This document shows, piece by piece, positions 1 to 10,449 of a stretch of DNA of 64,000 bases. Made by a program: the position numbers and the translations under genes. The DNA comes from an uncultured Gammaproteobacteria bacterium (lineage in GTDB: Bacteria > Pseudomonadota > Gammaproteobacteria > UBA9214), in contig CAVYZN010000011.1 in assembly GCA_963773065.1 (NCBI GenBank), positions 128,001-192,000 of the forward strand, given 5' to 3'. Each line of letters begins with the position of its first letter. The first letter of the stretch is position 1. The notes under the pieces are model-generated. The model ran no database searches. It was not told where the DNA came from and saw nothing but the letters and a program-made list of their open reading frames with translations.

Positions 1-172
1 TATGCACCTCGACGCGCACGCCGTCTTCAATGCGATCATCGCGGTAACTGTCGCCAAGAAACCGCCACGCCTCCGGCGGCGTGACCAGATCGGCGATGAC
101 CCAGACACGCTGTTCCTCCACTCCGAGTGCGGAAATCTTGGTGAAGCCCGCCGGTTCGACGGTGCGCACCAC
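1..172 (-). pseudogene. Remnant of an RND/HlyD-family efflux periplasmic adaptor C-terminus
   Basis: Manual minus-strand translation [57 protein letters not shown] resembles HlyD adaptor C-termini; in-frame stop just upstream, apparent internal deletion; runs off window edge. Confidence 0.55.
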
Positions 173-194
173 GCTTACCGATTAAGCGCGGCTG

Positions 195-716
195 TTAATG
201 GACGCTGATCCTGAAGCGCTTGGACGGTTTCAGTTTGGGCATGGTCATTTCCAGAACCCCGTCCTTGAAACTGGCCTTGGCCTTCTCCCCATCGACGTTC
301 GCGGGCAGCGTGACCACCCGGGTGAAACTGCCCCTGGACATCTCGCGGCGCGTGTATTCACCGGCTTCCTTTTCCTGCTTCTCGCCCCGGGTCGTGCCCT
401 TGATGGTCAGCCGGTCATCGCTCAGCGAAACTTCCAGGTCCTCCTTGTCAACTCCCGGAATTTCCGCGCGCACCACGACTTCATCCTCACGGTCGATGAC
501 ATCCACACTGGGTACGCGGATTTCCATGGACTTGGCCATCTCGCTCCAGAGCGGACTCTCCAAGCCGAATGGCCGCAGCCAACTGGGTCCGAAGAACCGC
601 TCGAACAGGCGCTCCATATCCTCGAGCGGATTCAATGCCCGGGTTGGTCTGGCCGCGGTGAGTTCGCCTTTCCTGGTGGTAACTTCAATATCCTGTTTGG
701 ATTCTTTCTTGGCCAT
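195..716 (-). CDS. Hsp20/alpha-crystallin small heat shock protein
   Basis: PSVDVIDREDEVVVRAEIPGVDKEDLEV...GSFTRVVTLP...ASFKDGVLEMTMPK; ATG at 716 preceded by AAGGAG. Confidence 0.93.
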   Translation of the reverse strand: MAKKESKQDIEVTTRKGELTAARPTRALNPLEDMERLFERFFGPSWLRPFGLESPLWSEMAKSMEIRVPSVDVIDREDEVVVRAEIPGVDKEDLEVSLSDDRLTIKGTTRGEKQEKEAGEYTRREMSRGSFTRVVTLPANVDGEKAKASFKDGVLEMTMPKLKPSKRFRISVH

Positions 717-796
717 CGGTAATCTCCTTGATGTAAAAGATGCCGCCTGCACAGGCTATGACGTGAAGAAGTATAGTAGAAGTTGCCGCGTTCTCA

Positions 797-810
797 TTGA
801 TGACAATCAA
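797..810. promoter_or_regulatory. FNR/ANR/DNR-type box upstream of hsp20
   Basis: Perfect TTGAT-GACA-ATCAA; minus-strand -10 TATACT at 775-770 places it near -41, class II geometry. Confidence 0.75.
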
Positions 811-974
811 TACCCACAGTAATTTACCCCGGCGATATCAGCCCGGTGGCAGACGCTATCCCGGATCGCACCGCCGGCTGCGCAGCGTGTGGCGTTTGCT
901 CACGGCCGGACGGCGAGGCGTGACGCCGCCACTCCAGCTTGGCCGCACCGGCTGCAACCGCCGTCATTTACGCG

Positions 975-2284
975 TTATGGGATCTTGCTGTCGATGGTGA
1001 TGGCGACGGTTTCGGAACCGCCGACGCTGACCGGGGATTTCGAACCCTCCAGGTCGCCGCTCTGCGGCATGGCGTTGCCGGAGGGGGAGACGCGGGCGCC
1101 GACCGTGACCTGCCCGAATTTCGACAGCGTCATGGCGGGTGACATGGCGAGCGAGTCATCCAGCGTGACCGTCACCGGCAAGTCTTTGACTTGCTTGCGC
1201 ACGATGGCGAGCGGCATGCGCGGGCCCTGGACGGCGCGCGCGAAGATGAACACGGTGTCCTCGGCACGGGCGTTCGCGGCCAGAGCAGGTGCCAGTGACA
1301 CCGTCACCTGGATCGCGCTGCCGGCGGCCGGTGTGCCGCTGGCGGTCGTCGAGGCGCTGCGGTCGGTGCCGTCGCGGCCGGTGCCGCAGCCGCAGCCGCG
1401 GGTTCCATGCCAAGGCGCTGCCGCACTTGGTTGATCTGCTGGGCGATGACCGCGGTGTCCTCGCTGCCCGCGGGGAGCAGGGCGGCGGCGCGCTGCCAGT
1501 AATCCAGCGCCTCGGTAGAGGAACCCTGCTGGTTTTTCCAGTGACCCATCAGCCACAGGGCCTTGACATTGTCGGGCTGGCCCTCGACGGCCCGTTGCAG
1601 CAGTTCACCCGCCTCATCGTTGAAGCGGCCGCCGTTGGCCATCACCAGCACATCGGCATAATCGGCCAGCAGTTCGGGGTTGTCGCCGCCGAGGCGGCGG
1701 GCGTTGCCATACGCGACGAGGGCATCGGCGTAGCGATTAAGGGTTTCGTTGCTTCTTGCCAGCAGGATCCAGCCTTGCAGGTCGTCGGGTTTCTCCTTCA
1801 GTCGCGCAGCCAGCACGTTGACCATTTCCTCCAGTGATTGCTTACCCATCTCATGTTGGGCCGGCGAGCTGGCGGCGGCGGTGGCGGTGGCGGTATTGCG
1901 CTGCTCCAGCAGCGGGATGATTTCCTTCGACCCGAGATGCTGATACAGCCCCACCGCCAGCAAGGGGATTGCCGCCACCAGCAGCAGTACCGCCCATTGG
2001 CCGCTACGGGCCGGTTTTAGCGTGGATCCCGAACCGGCAGGCGCGAGATCATCGAGCAGCTCGCATTCCAGGTCCCGGCGGGCGGCGGCGTACTGGTTCT
2101 CATCCAGCCGTCCGGTTTTGAGATCGGTTTCCAGTTCGGCGATCTGCGCCCTGATGACCTCGGTATTGAGCGTATCCTGATCCGGCTGCGACTTTGCGGA
2201 GCGCGACGCGCGCAGCATCCAGGGCACCGTAAACAACAGCGCGACGATGATCATGATGGCCGCCAATCCCCAGAAGACGCTCAT
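975..2284 (-). CDS. ccmI: Cytochrome c biogenesis protein CcmI/CycH (TPR + C-terminal Ig-like domain); frameshift near 1330-1430
   Basis: N-terminal TM, ELETDLKTGRLDENQYAAARRDLE, TPR (KPDDLQGWILLAR), C-terminal TVFIFARAVQGPRMPLA...ARVSPSGNAMPQSGDLEG; joins ORFs 1304..2734 and 975..1556. Confidence 0.9.
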
Positions 2285-2734
2285 TTCTGCTCGCCCTTCT
2301 CGGCCGCGGCGCCGAGGATTCCATCCAGGCGCTTGCGGTCTTCCGCGGAGATCGCCGGTTCCTGGACCTGCCGCTGCCGCCCCACCGCGCGCACCAGCAG
2401 CAGAGCGGCGATCGTCAGCAGCACGAACGGGCCATACCAGATGAGATACGTGGACGGTTTCACGGGAGGATTGTAAAGCACGAAGTCGCCATAGCGTTTG
2501 ACGAGAAAGTCGATGACCTCCTGGTCGCTCTTGCCGCTTTTCATTATCTCGTAGACCTCCGCGCGCAGGTCGTGGGCCAGATCGGCATCCGATTCGGCCA
2601 GGGTCTCGTTCTGGCATACCAGGCAGCGCAACTGGCCGATGAGATCCTTGAAGTGCTGCTCCTGCGCCTTGGTGGGGAAGGTGAAGGACTCGAGCGTTAC
2701 CGCGGCCGGCAGCGGGGCCGGCTATGACCAGCAA
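2281..2734 (-). CDS. ccmH: Cytochrome c biogenesis protein CcmH/CycL; 5' end frameshifted and abutting a MITE
   Basis: LRCLVCQNETLAES motif, RYGDFVLYNPP, C-terminal TM; signal peptide LLFLLVIAG in adjacent frame; start uncertain. Confidence 0.88.
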
Positions 2735-2751
2735 GAACAGCAGTATCGAAA

Positions 2752-2866
2752 TAAGGAGGCTCTGAGTAAGCTGTCATTCCCGCGAAAGCGGGAATCTTGT
2801 CTGTCCAGGATCAGTGGGTTACTGGATCCCCGCTTTCGCGGGGATGACGTATTCAGAGTTTCCATA
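2752..2866. repeat. MITE/REP doublet with outer inverted repeats
   Basis: TAaGGAGGCTCTGAGTA ... TATTCAGAGTTTCCaTA flanking GTCATTCCCGCGAAAGCGGGAATC and GGATCCCCGCTTTCGCGGGGATGAC hairpins. Confidence 0.85.
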
Positions 2867-2881
2867 CATTGTTCATCGGGT

Positions 2882-3415
2882 TCATGACTTCAATCTGGCG
2901 ACGATGGGCAGGATTTCCTCTTTAAGGATCTCGATGGTGATGGGGCCGACATGCTTGTGGCGGATGATGCCCTCCCGATCGATGATGAAGGTCTCCGGCG
3001 TCCCGTAGACCCCCCAGTCGATGCCCACGCGCCCGTCGCTGTCGAAGGCATTGGCGATGTAGGGATTGCCAAGCTGGGTAAGCCAGCGCTGGGCATCCGC
3101 GCGGTTGTCCTTGTAGTTCAGTCCGTAGATGTCGACCTGCCCTGTCCGCGCGAGCTGCACCAGCACCTCGTGTTCCCCTCGGCAGGACACGCACCAGGTC
3201 GCCCACACGTTCAGCAGGGAGACCTTCCCCTTGAAGTCGGCGTCGCTGATGGTGGCGGTAGGATCATCCAGGCGCGTGAGGGAGAACGCCGGGATGGGCT
3301 TGCCGACCAGCGGCGAGGGCACAATTTTCGGATCCAGGCTCAGGCCGCGAAAGAGTAGAGCGACCAGCAGCGCGAAGATCGCGAGCGGCACCAGGTAGCG
3401 CAGATAGCGTGCCAT
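2882..3415 (-). CDS. ccmG: Thiol:disulfide interchange protein CcmG/DsbE
   Basis: N-terminal TM, LLNVWATWCVSC, GVYGTPETF; position in ccm operon. Confidence 0.93.
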   Translation of the reverse strand: MARYLRYLVPLAIFALLVALLFRGLSLDPKIVPSPLVGKPIPAFSLTRLDDPTATISDADFKGKVSLLNVWATWCVSCRGEHEVLVQLARTGQVDIYGLNYKDNRADAQRWLTQLGNPYIANAFDSDGRVGIDWGVYGTPETFIIDREGIIRHKHVGPITIEILKEEILPIVARLKS

Positions 3416-5422
3416 CAGGGGCTTCCGTTCGCGATCAGGCCGTCATTGCCGAGCGCGGCGGATGCCGGCACTTCATCACGCACCGCGATGCGGTAACGCC
3501 GGTCGCTCGCCGCGAGCAGTACCCCCGATGGCGATCAGCAGGCCGCCGAACCAGATCCAGCGTATGAAGGGCTTGTAGTACAGGCGCAGACTCCAGTCGC
3601 CATTGTCTAGCCCCTCGCCCAGCGAGACATAGATATCGCGGGTAAATCCCACATCGATCCCGGATTCGGTCATCGGCTTGGTCTGCACCGTGTAGACGCG
3701 TTTCTCCGGGTGCAGCAGGGCGACTTCGCGCTCGCCCCTCAAGACATGCACGGTGCCGCGATCGGCGCGGTAATTCGGGCCCTGGCGGGCCTGCACGCCG
3801 TCGAAGCGCAGGGTGTAACCGGCCAGGTCGGTGCTTTCGCCCGGCGACAGGCGGATGTCCTTCTCGACGTTATACTGCATCACGAAGGTCACGCCGATGA
3901 TGAAGACCGCCACACCGAAATGCGCCACCACCATGCCGTAATAACTGCCGCTGCCTTTCGTCCCCAGGTCTTGCCACAGCCCGGCCAGACCCTTGCGGTA
4001 GCGCAGCCGCTGGCGCAGGCTGAGCAACAGCGAACAGACGATCCACAGCGAGAGCGTCACCGCCAATCCAGCCCAGACCGAACCTTGGTGCAACAGCGGC
4101 AACGCGGTGAGGACGCCGCCGCCGAGGCTGACGAGCAGCGCGACGCGTAACTGCCGGGCAAGGTCGACCGGATCCTGGTGCTTCCAGCGCGACAGCGGCC
4201 CCATTCCCATGAGCACGACCAGGAAGGGGGTGAAGATCACGAACATGCGGTTGAACCAGGGAAATCCCACGGAGATCTTGCCCCAGCCGAGCGCGTCGTA
4301 GATCAGCGGGGCAAGCGTGCCCAGCAGCACGAAGGCCGTGATGATCACCAGCAGCAGGTTGTTTCCGAGCAGCAGCGTCTCGCGCGAGAACGCGTCGAAT
4401 CTGCCTCCCGAGGAGACGCTCGGCGCCCGCACGGCGTAGAGGCTCAGGGAACCCCCGATGACGATGCACAGGAAAATCAGGATAAAGAGTCCGCGGGCCG
4501 GATCCGAGGCGAAGGCATGCACGGAGGTGAGCACGCCGGAGCGCACCAGGAAGGTACCGAGCAGGCTGAGCGAGAAAGCCAGCAGCGCGAGCAGCACCGT
4601 CCAGCGCTTGAACGCGCCGCGTTTCTCGGTCACTGCCAAGGAATGAATCAGCGCCGTGGCCGCCAACCAGGGCATGAACGAGGCGTTTTCAACCGGATCC
4701 CAGAACCACCAGCCGCCCCAGCCGAGTTCGTTGTAGGCCCACCAGCTCCCGAGCGAGATGCCGATGGTGAGGAACATCCACGCCACCGTGGTCCACGGCC
4801 GCGACCAGCGTGCCCAGGACGCATCCAGTCTGCCGCCGATGAGGGCGGCTATGGCGAAGCTGAAGGCGACCGACATGCCGACATAGCCCATGTAGAGCAT
4901 GGGAGGATGGATCGCCAGTCCCGGATCCTGCAACAGGGGGTTCAGGTCGCCGCCTTCCAGGGGAACCGGGAAGACCCGCGCGAACGGGTTGGAGGTGAAC
5001 AGCAGGAAGGAGAGAAAGCCGATGCTCACCAGCCCCATGACGGAGAGCACGCGCGCCAGCACCACGGCGGGCAGGTGGCGGGCCAGCAGCGAGACGGCGA
5101 CCGTCCAGGAACTGAGGATGAGGACCCAGAGCAGCAGCGAGCCCTCGTGCGCGCCCCAGACGGCGGACACCTTGTAGACGGGGGGGAGCAGGGTGTTGCC
5201 GTTCTGGGCGACGTAGACCACCGAGAAATCGTCGTTCAGGAAGGAGCTGACCAGGCAGGCGAAGGCGATGGCAATAAAGAAAAACTGTCCCCAGGCGGCC
5301 GGGCGCGCCAGCGCGACCCAGCTCGGGGTGTTGTTGAGGCTGCCGATCATGGGAAAGATCGAGAGCACCAGCGCCAGGGAGAGGGCCAGGATCAGGGCGA
5401 GATGACCGAGTTCTGGAATCAT
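3415..5422 (-). CDS. ccmF: Heme lyase CcmF; frameshift near 3520, reconstructed end 3415
   Basis: MIPELGH, WGAHEGSLLLW, LNPLLQDPGLAIHPP, WGGWWFWDPVENASF, SVHAFASDP. Confidence 0.96.
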
Positions 5423-5886
5423 GGTTTTGTACCTCCGGTTGCGGCGCCTTCAGCGCCGTTCTTGTGAGCAGTCTTTAGCGCATCCGCCACTTCCGGCGGC
5501 ATGTATTTCTCATCGTGCTTGGCGAGCACTTCCTCGGCAATGAACAGGTTGCCGTCCTGCAGCCGTCCCCGCGCCACGATGCCCTGTCCCTCGCGGAACA
5601 GATCGGGCAGGATGCCGGTGTATTGCACCTTGATGGTCTCGGCATAGTCGGTGATATCGAAGGTCACGGTCAGACCGTCCTGCTGGCGCTTAAGGCTGCC
5701 GTCCGTGACCAGACCGCCGACGCGGATCAGGTGTCCGGCGGGCGCCTCGCCCCCGGCGACGGCGCTGGGGGTGTAGAAGAACATCAGGTTTTCGTTGAAG
5801 GCCTTGAGCGCGACGGCGATGGCGACGCCGACGCCGGCGACCATCATGGCGATCAGGATCAGGCGTTTCTTGCGTTTGGGTGTCAT
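5419..5886 (-). CDS. ccmE: Heme chaperone CcmE
   Basis: ILPDLFREGQG and VLAKHDEKY motifs. Confidence 0.96.
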   Translation of the reverse strand: MTPKRKKRLILIAMMVAGVGVAIAVALKAFNENLMFFYTPSAVAGGEAPAGHLIRVGGLVTDGSLKRQQDGLTVTFDITDYAETIKVQYTGILPDLFREGQGIVARGRLQDGNLFIAEEVLAKHDEKYMPPEVADALKTAHKNGAEGAATGGTKP

Positions 5887-6053
5887 GTGTTTCTCCTCGC
5901 GCGTCGTGCGCTGCGCGCGATATCAGCCAGCAGTTTCCTGCGCTGCCGGGCCGGCAGCAGGATATTGGCCAGCAGGACGATCAGGGCGATACCGTAGGAC
6001 GTCCACACGTAGAACGCGTATCCACCCATGTGAAAGAATTCATTCAGACTCAT
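5883..6053 (-). CDS. ccmD: Heme exporter protein CcmD
   Basis: MSLNEFFHMGGYAFYVWTSYG, single TM, basic tail; between ccmC and ccmE. Confidence 0.92.
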   Translation of the reverse strand: MSLNEFFHMGGYAFYVWTSYGIALIVLLANILLPARQRRKLLADIARSARRARRNT

Positions 6054-6787
6054 TTTGACTCCGCGAGTTCTCTGACCCACTGGGTATTTCGTTCGCGCTC
6101 CAGGACTTCGCAGCGGGCGCGCATCAGGACCACCGTTGCATAATACAGCTTGAAGGCCACGGCCATCAGCAGCAGGGGGATCAGCATGCTGATATGGATG
6201 GATGGCGCGCCTAACTTGGTGACCGTGGCGCCCTGGTGCAGGGTGTTCCACCATTGCACCGAGTAGTGAATGATGGGAATGTTGACCACGCCCACGATGG
6301 TCAGGATGGCGGTGGCGCGCGCCGCCGTGCGCTTGTCCTCGACGGCGTTATAGAGCGCGATCACGCCGAGGTAGAGGAATAGCAGGATCAGCTCCGAGGT
6401 CAGGCGCGCATCCCATACCCACCAGGTCCCCCACATCGGCTTGCCCCAGAGCGAACCGGTGACCAGCGCGAGGAAGGTGAACGACGCCCCGATGGTCGCG
6501 CTGCTGATGGCAATCATCTCGGCCAGCTTGATGTGCCAGACCAGGCCGATGATGCCGGTGGCGGCCATCACCACGTAGACGAACATCGACATCCACGCGG
6601 CCGGCACATGGATGAACATGATGCGGTAGCTGTCGCCCTGCTGGTAATCCGGCGGCGCCTTCAGCAGGCCGTAGTACAGACCGGCCAGGATGAACAGCAG
6701 GCAGGATGCCGCCAGCCAGGGTATGAGACGGCCGGCGAAACTGTAGAAGTACTTCGGCGAGGCCATCTTGTGAAAGAACTGCATCAT
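6050..6787 (-). CDS. ccmC: Heme exporter protein CcmC
   Basis: PPDYQQGDSYRIMFIHVP, WGKPMWGTWWVWDARLT, WWNTLHQ. Confidence 0.96.
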   Translation of the reverse strand: MMQFFHKMASPKYFYSFAGRLIPWLAASCLLFILAGLYYGLLKAPPDYQQGDSYRIMFIHVPAAWMSMFVYVVMAATGIIGLVWHIKLAEMIAISSATIGASFTFLALVTGSLWGKPMWGTWWVWDARLTSELILLFLYLGVIALYNAVEDKRTAARATAILTIVGVVNIPIIHYSVQWWNTLHQGATVTKLGAPSIHISMLIPLLLMAVAFKLYYATVVLMRARCEVLERERNTQWVRELAESK

Positions 6788-6809
6788 TAGGTTAGTACCG
6801 TAATTATTT

Positions 6810-6952
6810 CACCGCAAAGACGCAAAGCGCGCAAAGATAACCTTGGGTTGAGGCATACGAGGCACATCTACACTATGTAGATGAAAACTCGTAAGAATGG
6901 GTTTCGTTATTTTCAACTTCATTTACTTTGCGTCCTTCGCGCCTTTACGGTT
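6810..6952. repeat. CACCGCAAAGACGCAAAG-type inverted-repeat element between ccmB and ccmC
   Basis: CACCGCAAAGACGCAAAGCGCGCAAAG ... CTTTGCGTCCTTCGCGCCTTTACGGT with AT-rich spacer; related copies at 27.6, 41.2, 60.5 kb. Confidence 0.75.
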
Positions 6953-6976
6953 ATGGATCGAAGCGTCCTACAGGTC

Positions 6977-7660
6977 TCAACTCAGGCTGATGCGCAGGGC
7001 CGCGGCCGTGGCCGGCGGCGAGAGACTCAGGGCCATGACCAGCAGCGCGCTGATGAACAGCAGGTGAGCGGAGACCGGCAATCCGGCCGCGGCGGTATCG
7101 ACCGCACTGGCGGCGAAGATCAGCAACGGGACATACAAGGGTAGCACGAGCAGGGACAGGATCATCCCCCCCCTGCGCAATCCCACGGTCAGGGCCACAC
7201 CCACGGAGCCAAGCAGGCTCAGGACCGGCGTGCCCAACAGCAGGGTGAACATCAGGATGCGGATGCCGTCCCCGGTCAGTCCGAGCAGGACGCCGAGCAG
7301 GGGAGATACCAGCAGCAGCGGCAGGCCGGTGATCAGCCAGTGGGCGAGTACCTTGGCCAGCACCAGGATCGACACCGGGTGGGAACTCAGCAGGAACTGC
7401 TCCAGGGTGCCGTCCTCGAAATCGGAACGGAAGATGCCGTCGAGCGACAGCAGGGCGGCGAGCAGGGCGGCCACCCAGATCACCCCCGGGCCGATGGCCT
7501 GCAGCAGATTGGGGTTGGCCCCGACCCCGAGCGGAAACAGGCTGGTAACCAGGATGAAAAACAGCAGCGGGTTGATCATCTCGGCGCGATGCCGCATGGC
7601 CAGCGTCAAGTCGCGTTTCAGCAGCAGGGCAAATGCGCGGGTGAGTGAGTCGGAAGTCAT
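6977..7660 (-). CDS. ccmB: Heme exporter permease CcmB
   Basis: LFPLGVG, IFRSDFEDGTLEQ, LLVLPLYVPLLIF. Confidence 0.95.
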   Translation of the reverse strand: MTSDSLTRAFALLLKRDLTLAMRHRAEMINPLLFFILVTSLFPLGVGANPNLLQAIGPGVIWVAALLAALLSLDGIFRSDFEDGTLEQFLLSSHPVSILVLAKVLAHWLITGLPLLLVSPLLGVLLGLTGDGIRILMFTLLLGTPVLSLLGSVGVALTVGLRRGGMILSLLVLPLYVPLLIFAASAVDTAAAGLPVSAHLLFISALLVMALSLSPPATAAALRISLS

Positions 7661-8274
7661 GCGGACAGATTGATATGATGCGCCGGGGTCTTCACGAGGT
7701 TGACCGTGTGATGGGAGGTCATGGCCAGCATGCCGCCGTCCTGGGTGTGCGCCTCCAGCAGTCCCTCGATCAGCCCGATGCCGTGCACATCGAGCGAGGT
7801 AAACGGCTCGTCCAGGATCCACAGCGGCGCGTCGACGACCAGCAGGCGCGCCAGCGCCAGGCGGCGCTGCTGCCCGGCCGACAGATTGCGCGTCAGCACG
7901 TCCTCGTAGCCGTACAGATCGACCTGTTCCAGCACCGCCTCCAGCGTCATGTCGCTGGGTTTGCCCAGCGCGCGCGCCATGGCGAGATTTTCCAGCGGCG
8001 TCAGGTCTTGCTTGATGCCGTCGCGGTGTCCGACATAGGCCGTGTGCTCGTGGTAGTCGGGCCCCAGGTGATTGATGTCTTTGCCGCACCAGTTCACGCT
8101 CCCGGCATCCGGCAGGCGGATGCCGCACAGGATGCGCAGCAGGGAAGTCTTGCCGCTGCCGTTGCGGCCCTCCAGCAGCAGCGCCTGCCCGGCTTCGAGC
8201 CGGAACGCCAGGTCGCGGAACAGGGTGCGGTCATCGCGTATGCACTCCAGCCCAATGGCTTCGAGCGCCAGCAT
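7657..8274 (-). CDS. ccmA: Heme exporter ATPase CcmA
   Basis: Walker A GRNGSGKTS, LSAGQQRR, WILDEPFTSLD. Confidence 0.95.
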   Translation of the reverse strand: MLALEAIGLECIRDDRTLFRDLAFRLEAGQALLLEGRNGSGKTSLLRILCGIRLPDAGSVNWCGKDINHLGPDYHEHTAYVGHRDGIKQDLTPLENLAMARALGKPSDMTLEAVLEQVDLYGYEDVLTRNLSAGQQRRLALARLLVVDAPLWILDEPFTSLDVHGIGLIEGLLEAHTQDGGMLAMTSHHTVNLVKTPAHHINLSA

Positions 8275-8429
8275 GTTGTTATACGATTGGGTCACTGCTA
8301 TTCGATTTGGAATCAATACATTTATTGTTAACACTGCCTATAGCCAAGCAAATGATACTCCCCGGGAGTAACCAGCCCAACTGGGAAAAGTATCGGGTTA
8401 AATAACCACAGATGCGTTGTGTCTGTATT

Positions 8430-8456
8430 AAAAAAAGGGGCGAGTAGGTCGCCCCT
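8430..8456 (-). terminator. Rho-independent terminator (minus strand)
   Basis: AGGGGCGA-CCTAC-TCGCCCC followed by T7 on minus strand. Confidence 0.8.
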
Positions 8457-8628
8457 GTGCAGGAAAGGCCGGAACTAGAGAACAGCTCGGCCCTGAAAAC
8501 CACATTGTGATCGCTCTCTGGTTAACTGTGATCACACCAACCGTGATCACACCAACGCCACCCCCTTTCGCCGTGGTCCTGCCGCCGGCCGCGAGGGCCG
8601 ATGCAGTCACCGGGATTGCGCTTCCGAC
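8430..8628 (-). ncRNA. Candidate sigma54-dependent structured sRNA or ccm leader (~200 nt)
   Basis: Bounded by -24/-12 site (8654-8639) and terminator; 14-nt repeat GTGATCACACCAAC at 8528 and 8543; 8487-8494 complementary to 8594-8601. Confidence 0.5.
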
Positions 8629-8637
8629 TTATAGTAT

Positions 8638-8654
8638 AGGCACTATTCGTGCCG
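8638..8654 (-). promoter_or_regulatory. Sigma54 -24/-12 promoter, near-palindromic
   Basis: Minus strand CGGCACGAATAGTGC; plus strand AGGCACTATTCGTGC also fits GG-N10-GC. Confidence 0.6.
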
Positions 8655-8671
8655 ATTTGTGAACACTGGTA

Positions 8672-8775
8672 TTTCAGTAGGTTAGTAACAGCGTGTCACG
8701 CGCAGATAATAGTTTGTCATGACAAGCATGACAATAATGTCTATATTGTGGCTTCTACGTATGACATTATTGTCA
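8672..8775. promoter_or_regulatory. IHF-like site and TGACA-N4-TGTCA enhancer sites
   Basis: TTTCAGTAGGTTA (8672-8684), TGACAATAATGTCT (8729-8742), TGACATTATTGTCA (8762-8775). Confidence 0.6.
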
Positions 8776-8827
8776 TTAAGAATGGCTCGTTGAGGGCTGC
8801 GTTACATTTCACCCGGAGGATATAATA

Positions 8828-10239
8828 ATGCGCGTTCAAATTGCCAATCCGGCAACACATCGATACCCTTTGAACTGCAATCGCTGGTCGACTGCCATGA
8901 AGACCCGTTCGTCGTGATCGATCGCGACTTCCGCATCGTGGCGGTCAATAAGGCCTATGAGAAGACCTATGGCGCCGGTGGAGATTACCCGGTGGGTTTG
9001 CACTGCTACAAAATCAGTCATGACAATGATGCGCCGTGTTGCTGGTCGGGAGAGGATTGCCCGCACGAGAAACTGTTTAAAAACGGCACACAAAGTTCTT
9101 GCGTACACATCCACTACGACGAACAACACCGCATACACCAGGTGCGGGTGACCGCCTACCCATTGCACAGCAGCAGTGGTGAACTCTACATGGGGGAACT
9201 GATCCAGCCGATCTCGTCACTCGAAAATGACCAACTGGAGTATCACCGCCTGGTCGGCCAGGCGCGGTCATTTACGGCTTGCATGGAACAGCTCAAGCTG
9301 GTGGCGGCGACGGCGGCGCCGGTCCTGCTGCAGGGAGAGACCGGTACCGGCAAGGAACTGGCGGCGAGTTTTATCCACAGTCATTCACCGCGCCGTGAAA
9401 AAGCATTTCTCACCGTGGACTGCACCTCACTGACCGACACCCTGTTCGAGGCGGAGGTCTTCGGCCACGCCCGCGGTGCGTTTACCGGCAGCGTGGGTGA
9501 GAAGATTGGGCTGTTTGAACAGGCCGACGGCGGCACCCTGTTTCTCGATGAAGTGGGCGAATTGCCCATGAACCAGCAGGCGAAGCTGCTGCGGATCCTG
9601 GAAACCGGACAATACCGCCGGGTCGGCGGGCGCGGCACCCGCAAGGCCGATGTCCGCGTCATCTGCGCCACCAACCGCCACCTGTGGGAAGCCGTCCAGG
9701 CTGCCTCCTTCCGCGAGGATCTCTATTACCGCATCGCCTGCCTGACCGTGCGCCTGCCGAACCTGCGGGAGCGTCTCGATGACATCCCGGTGCTGGCGAA
9801 CAGCCTGCTCGAACCGGTCAGCAAGACGATGAGACGCCGCTTCAGCTTGACGCCGGATGCCCTGGAGTGCCTGAAGGCCTACCACTATCCCGGCAACGTG
9901 CGTGAATTGCGCAACATCCTGTTCGTGGCCGCGACCCACAGCACCAGTGACGAGATCTCTGCTGCCGTGATCGAGGACGTAATCGGTCAATTGGCGAAGA
10001 ATCGGGCGCCGCAGAAGTCGGCCGCGGAGGAGCAGGCGGCTCGGAATGCGGGCACGATACCAGAACCCGCACCCCGGCAAACAATGGGGAACGGGAGCAG
10101 TCCGCTCGGCGACGTCGAGGCCACGCACATCAAGGAACTGCTCGACCGGTACGCCGGTAATCGCCGCCAGGTGGCCGATGACCTGGGGATCAGCGAACGC
10201 ACCCTGTATCGCAAGCTCAAGAAATACAACCTGGCCTGA
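8828..10239 (+). CDS. Sigma54-dependent Fis-family activator with N-terminal Cys/His-rich PAS domain; probable 5' frameshift
   Basis: GETGTGKE, GAFTGS, GGTLFLDEVGEL, YPGNVREL, HTH LGISERTLYRKL; GGAGG RBS precedes ATG 8828, in-frame ORF starts 8914. Confidence 0.92.
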
Positions 10240-10449
10240 GGAAGCGGTCATTCCGGCAAACGATCTCGGGGTACGGTAGTTGAGGAAGGTCCGAAGGGTG
10301 CTTAACTTAATCCCTGATCCTGATAAATAGCTACACATAGCCACGGAAGCACACGGAAAAACACGGAATAATCACGAACAATGTCCGTGTCTTCCGTGGC
10401 CAACATGTTCTTTTTATCAATTGCGTTGCAGCGGCACTGACACGGGTAC

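Noticed and set aside
8507-8556. CRISPR array or CRP sites
   Set aside because: Only two 14-nt repeats with a 1-nt spacer and no cas genes; TGTGATCACA lacks the 6-nt CRP spacer.
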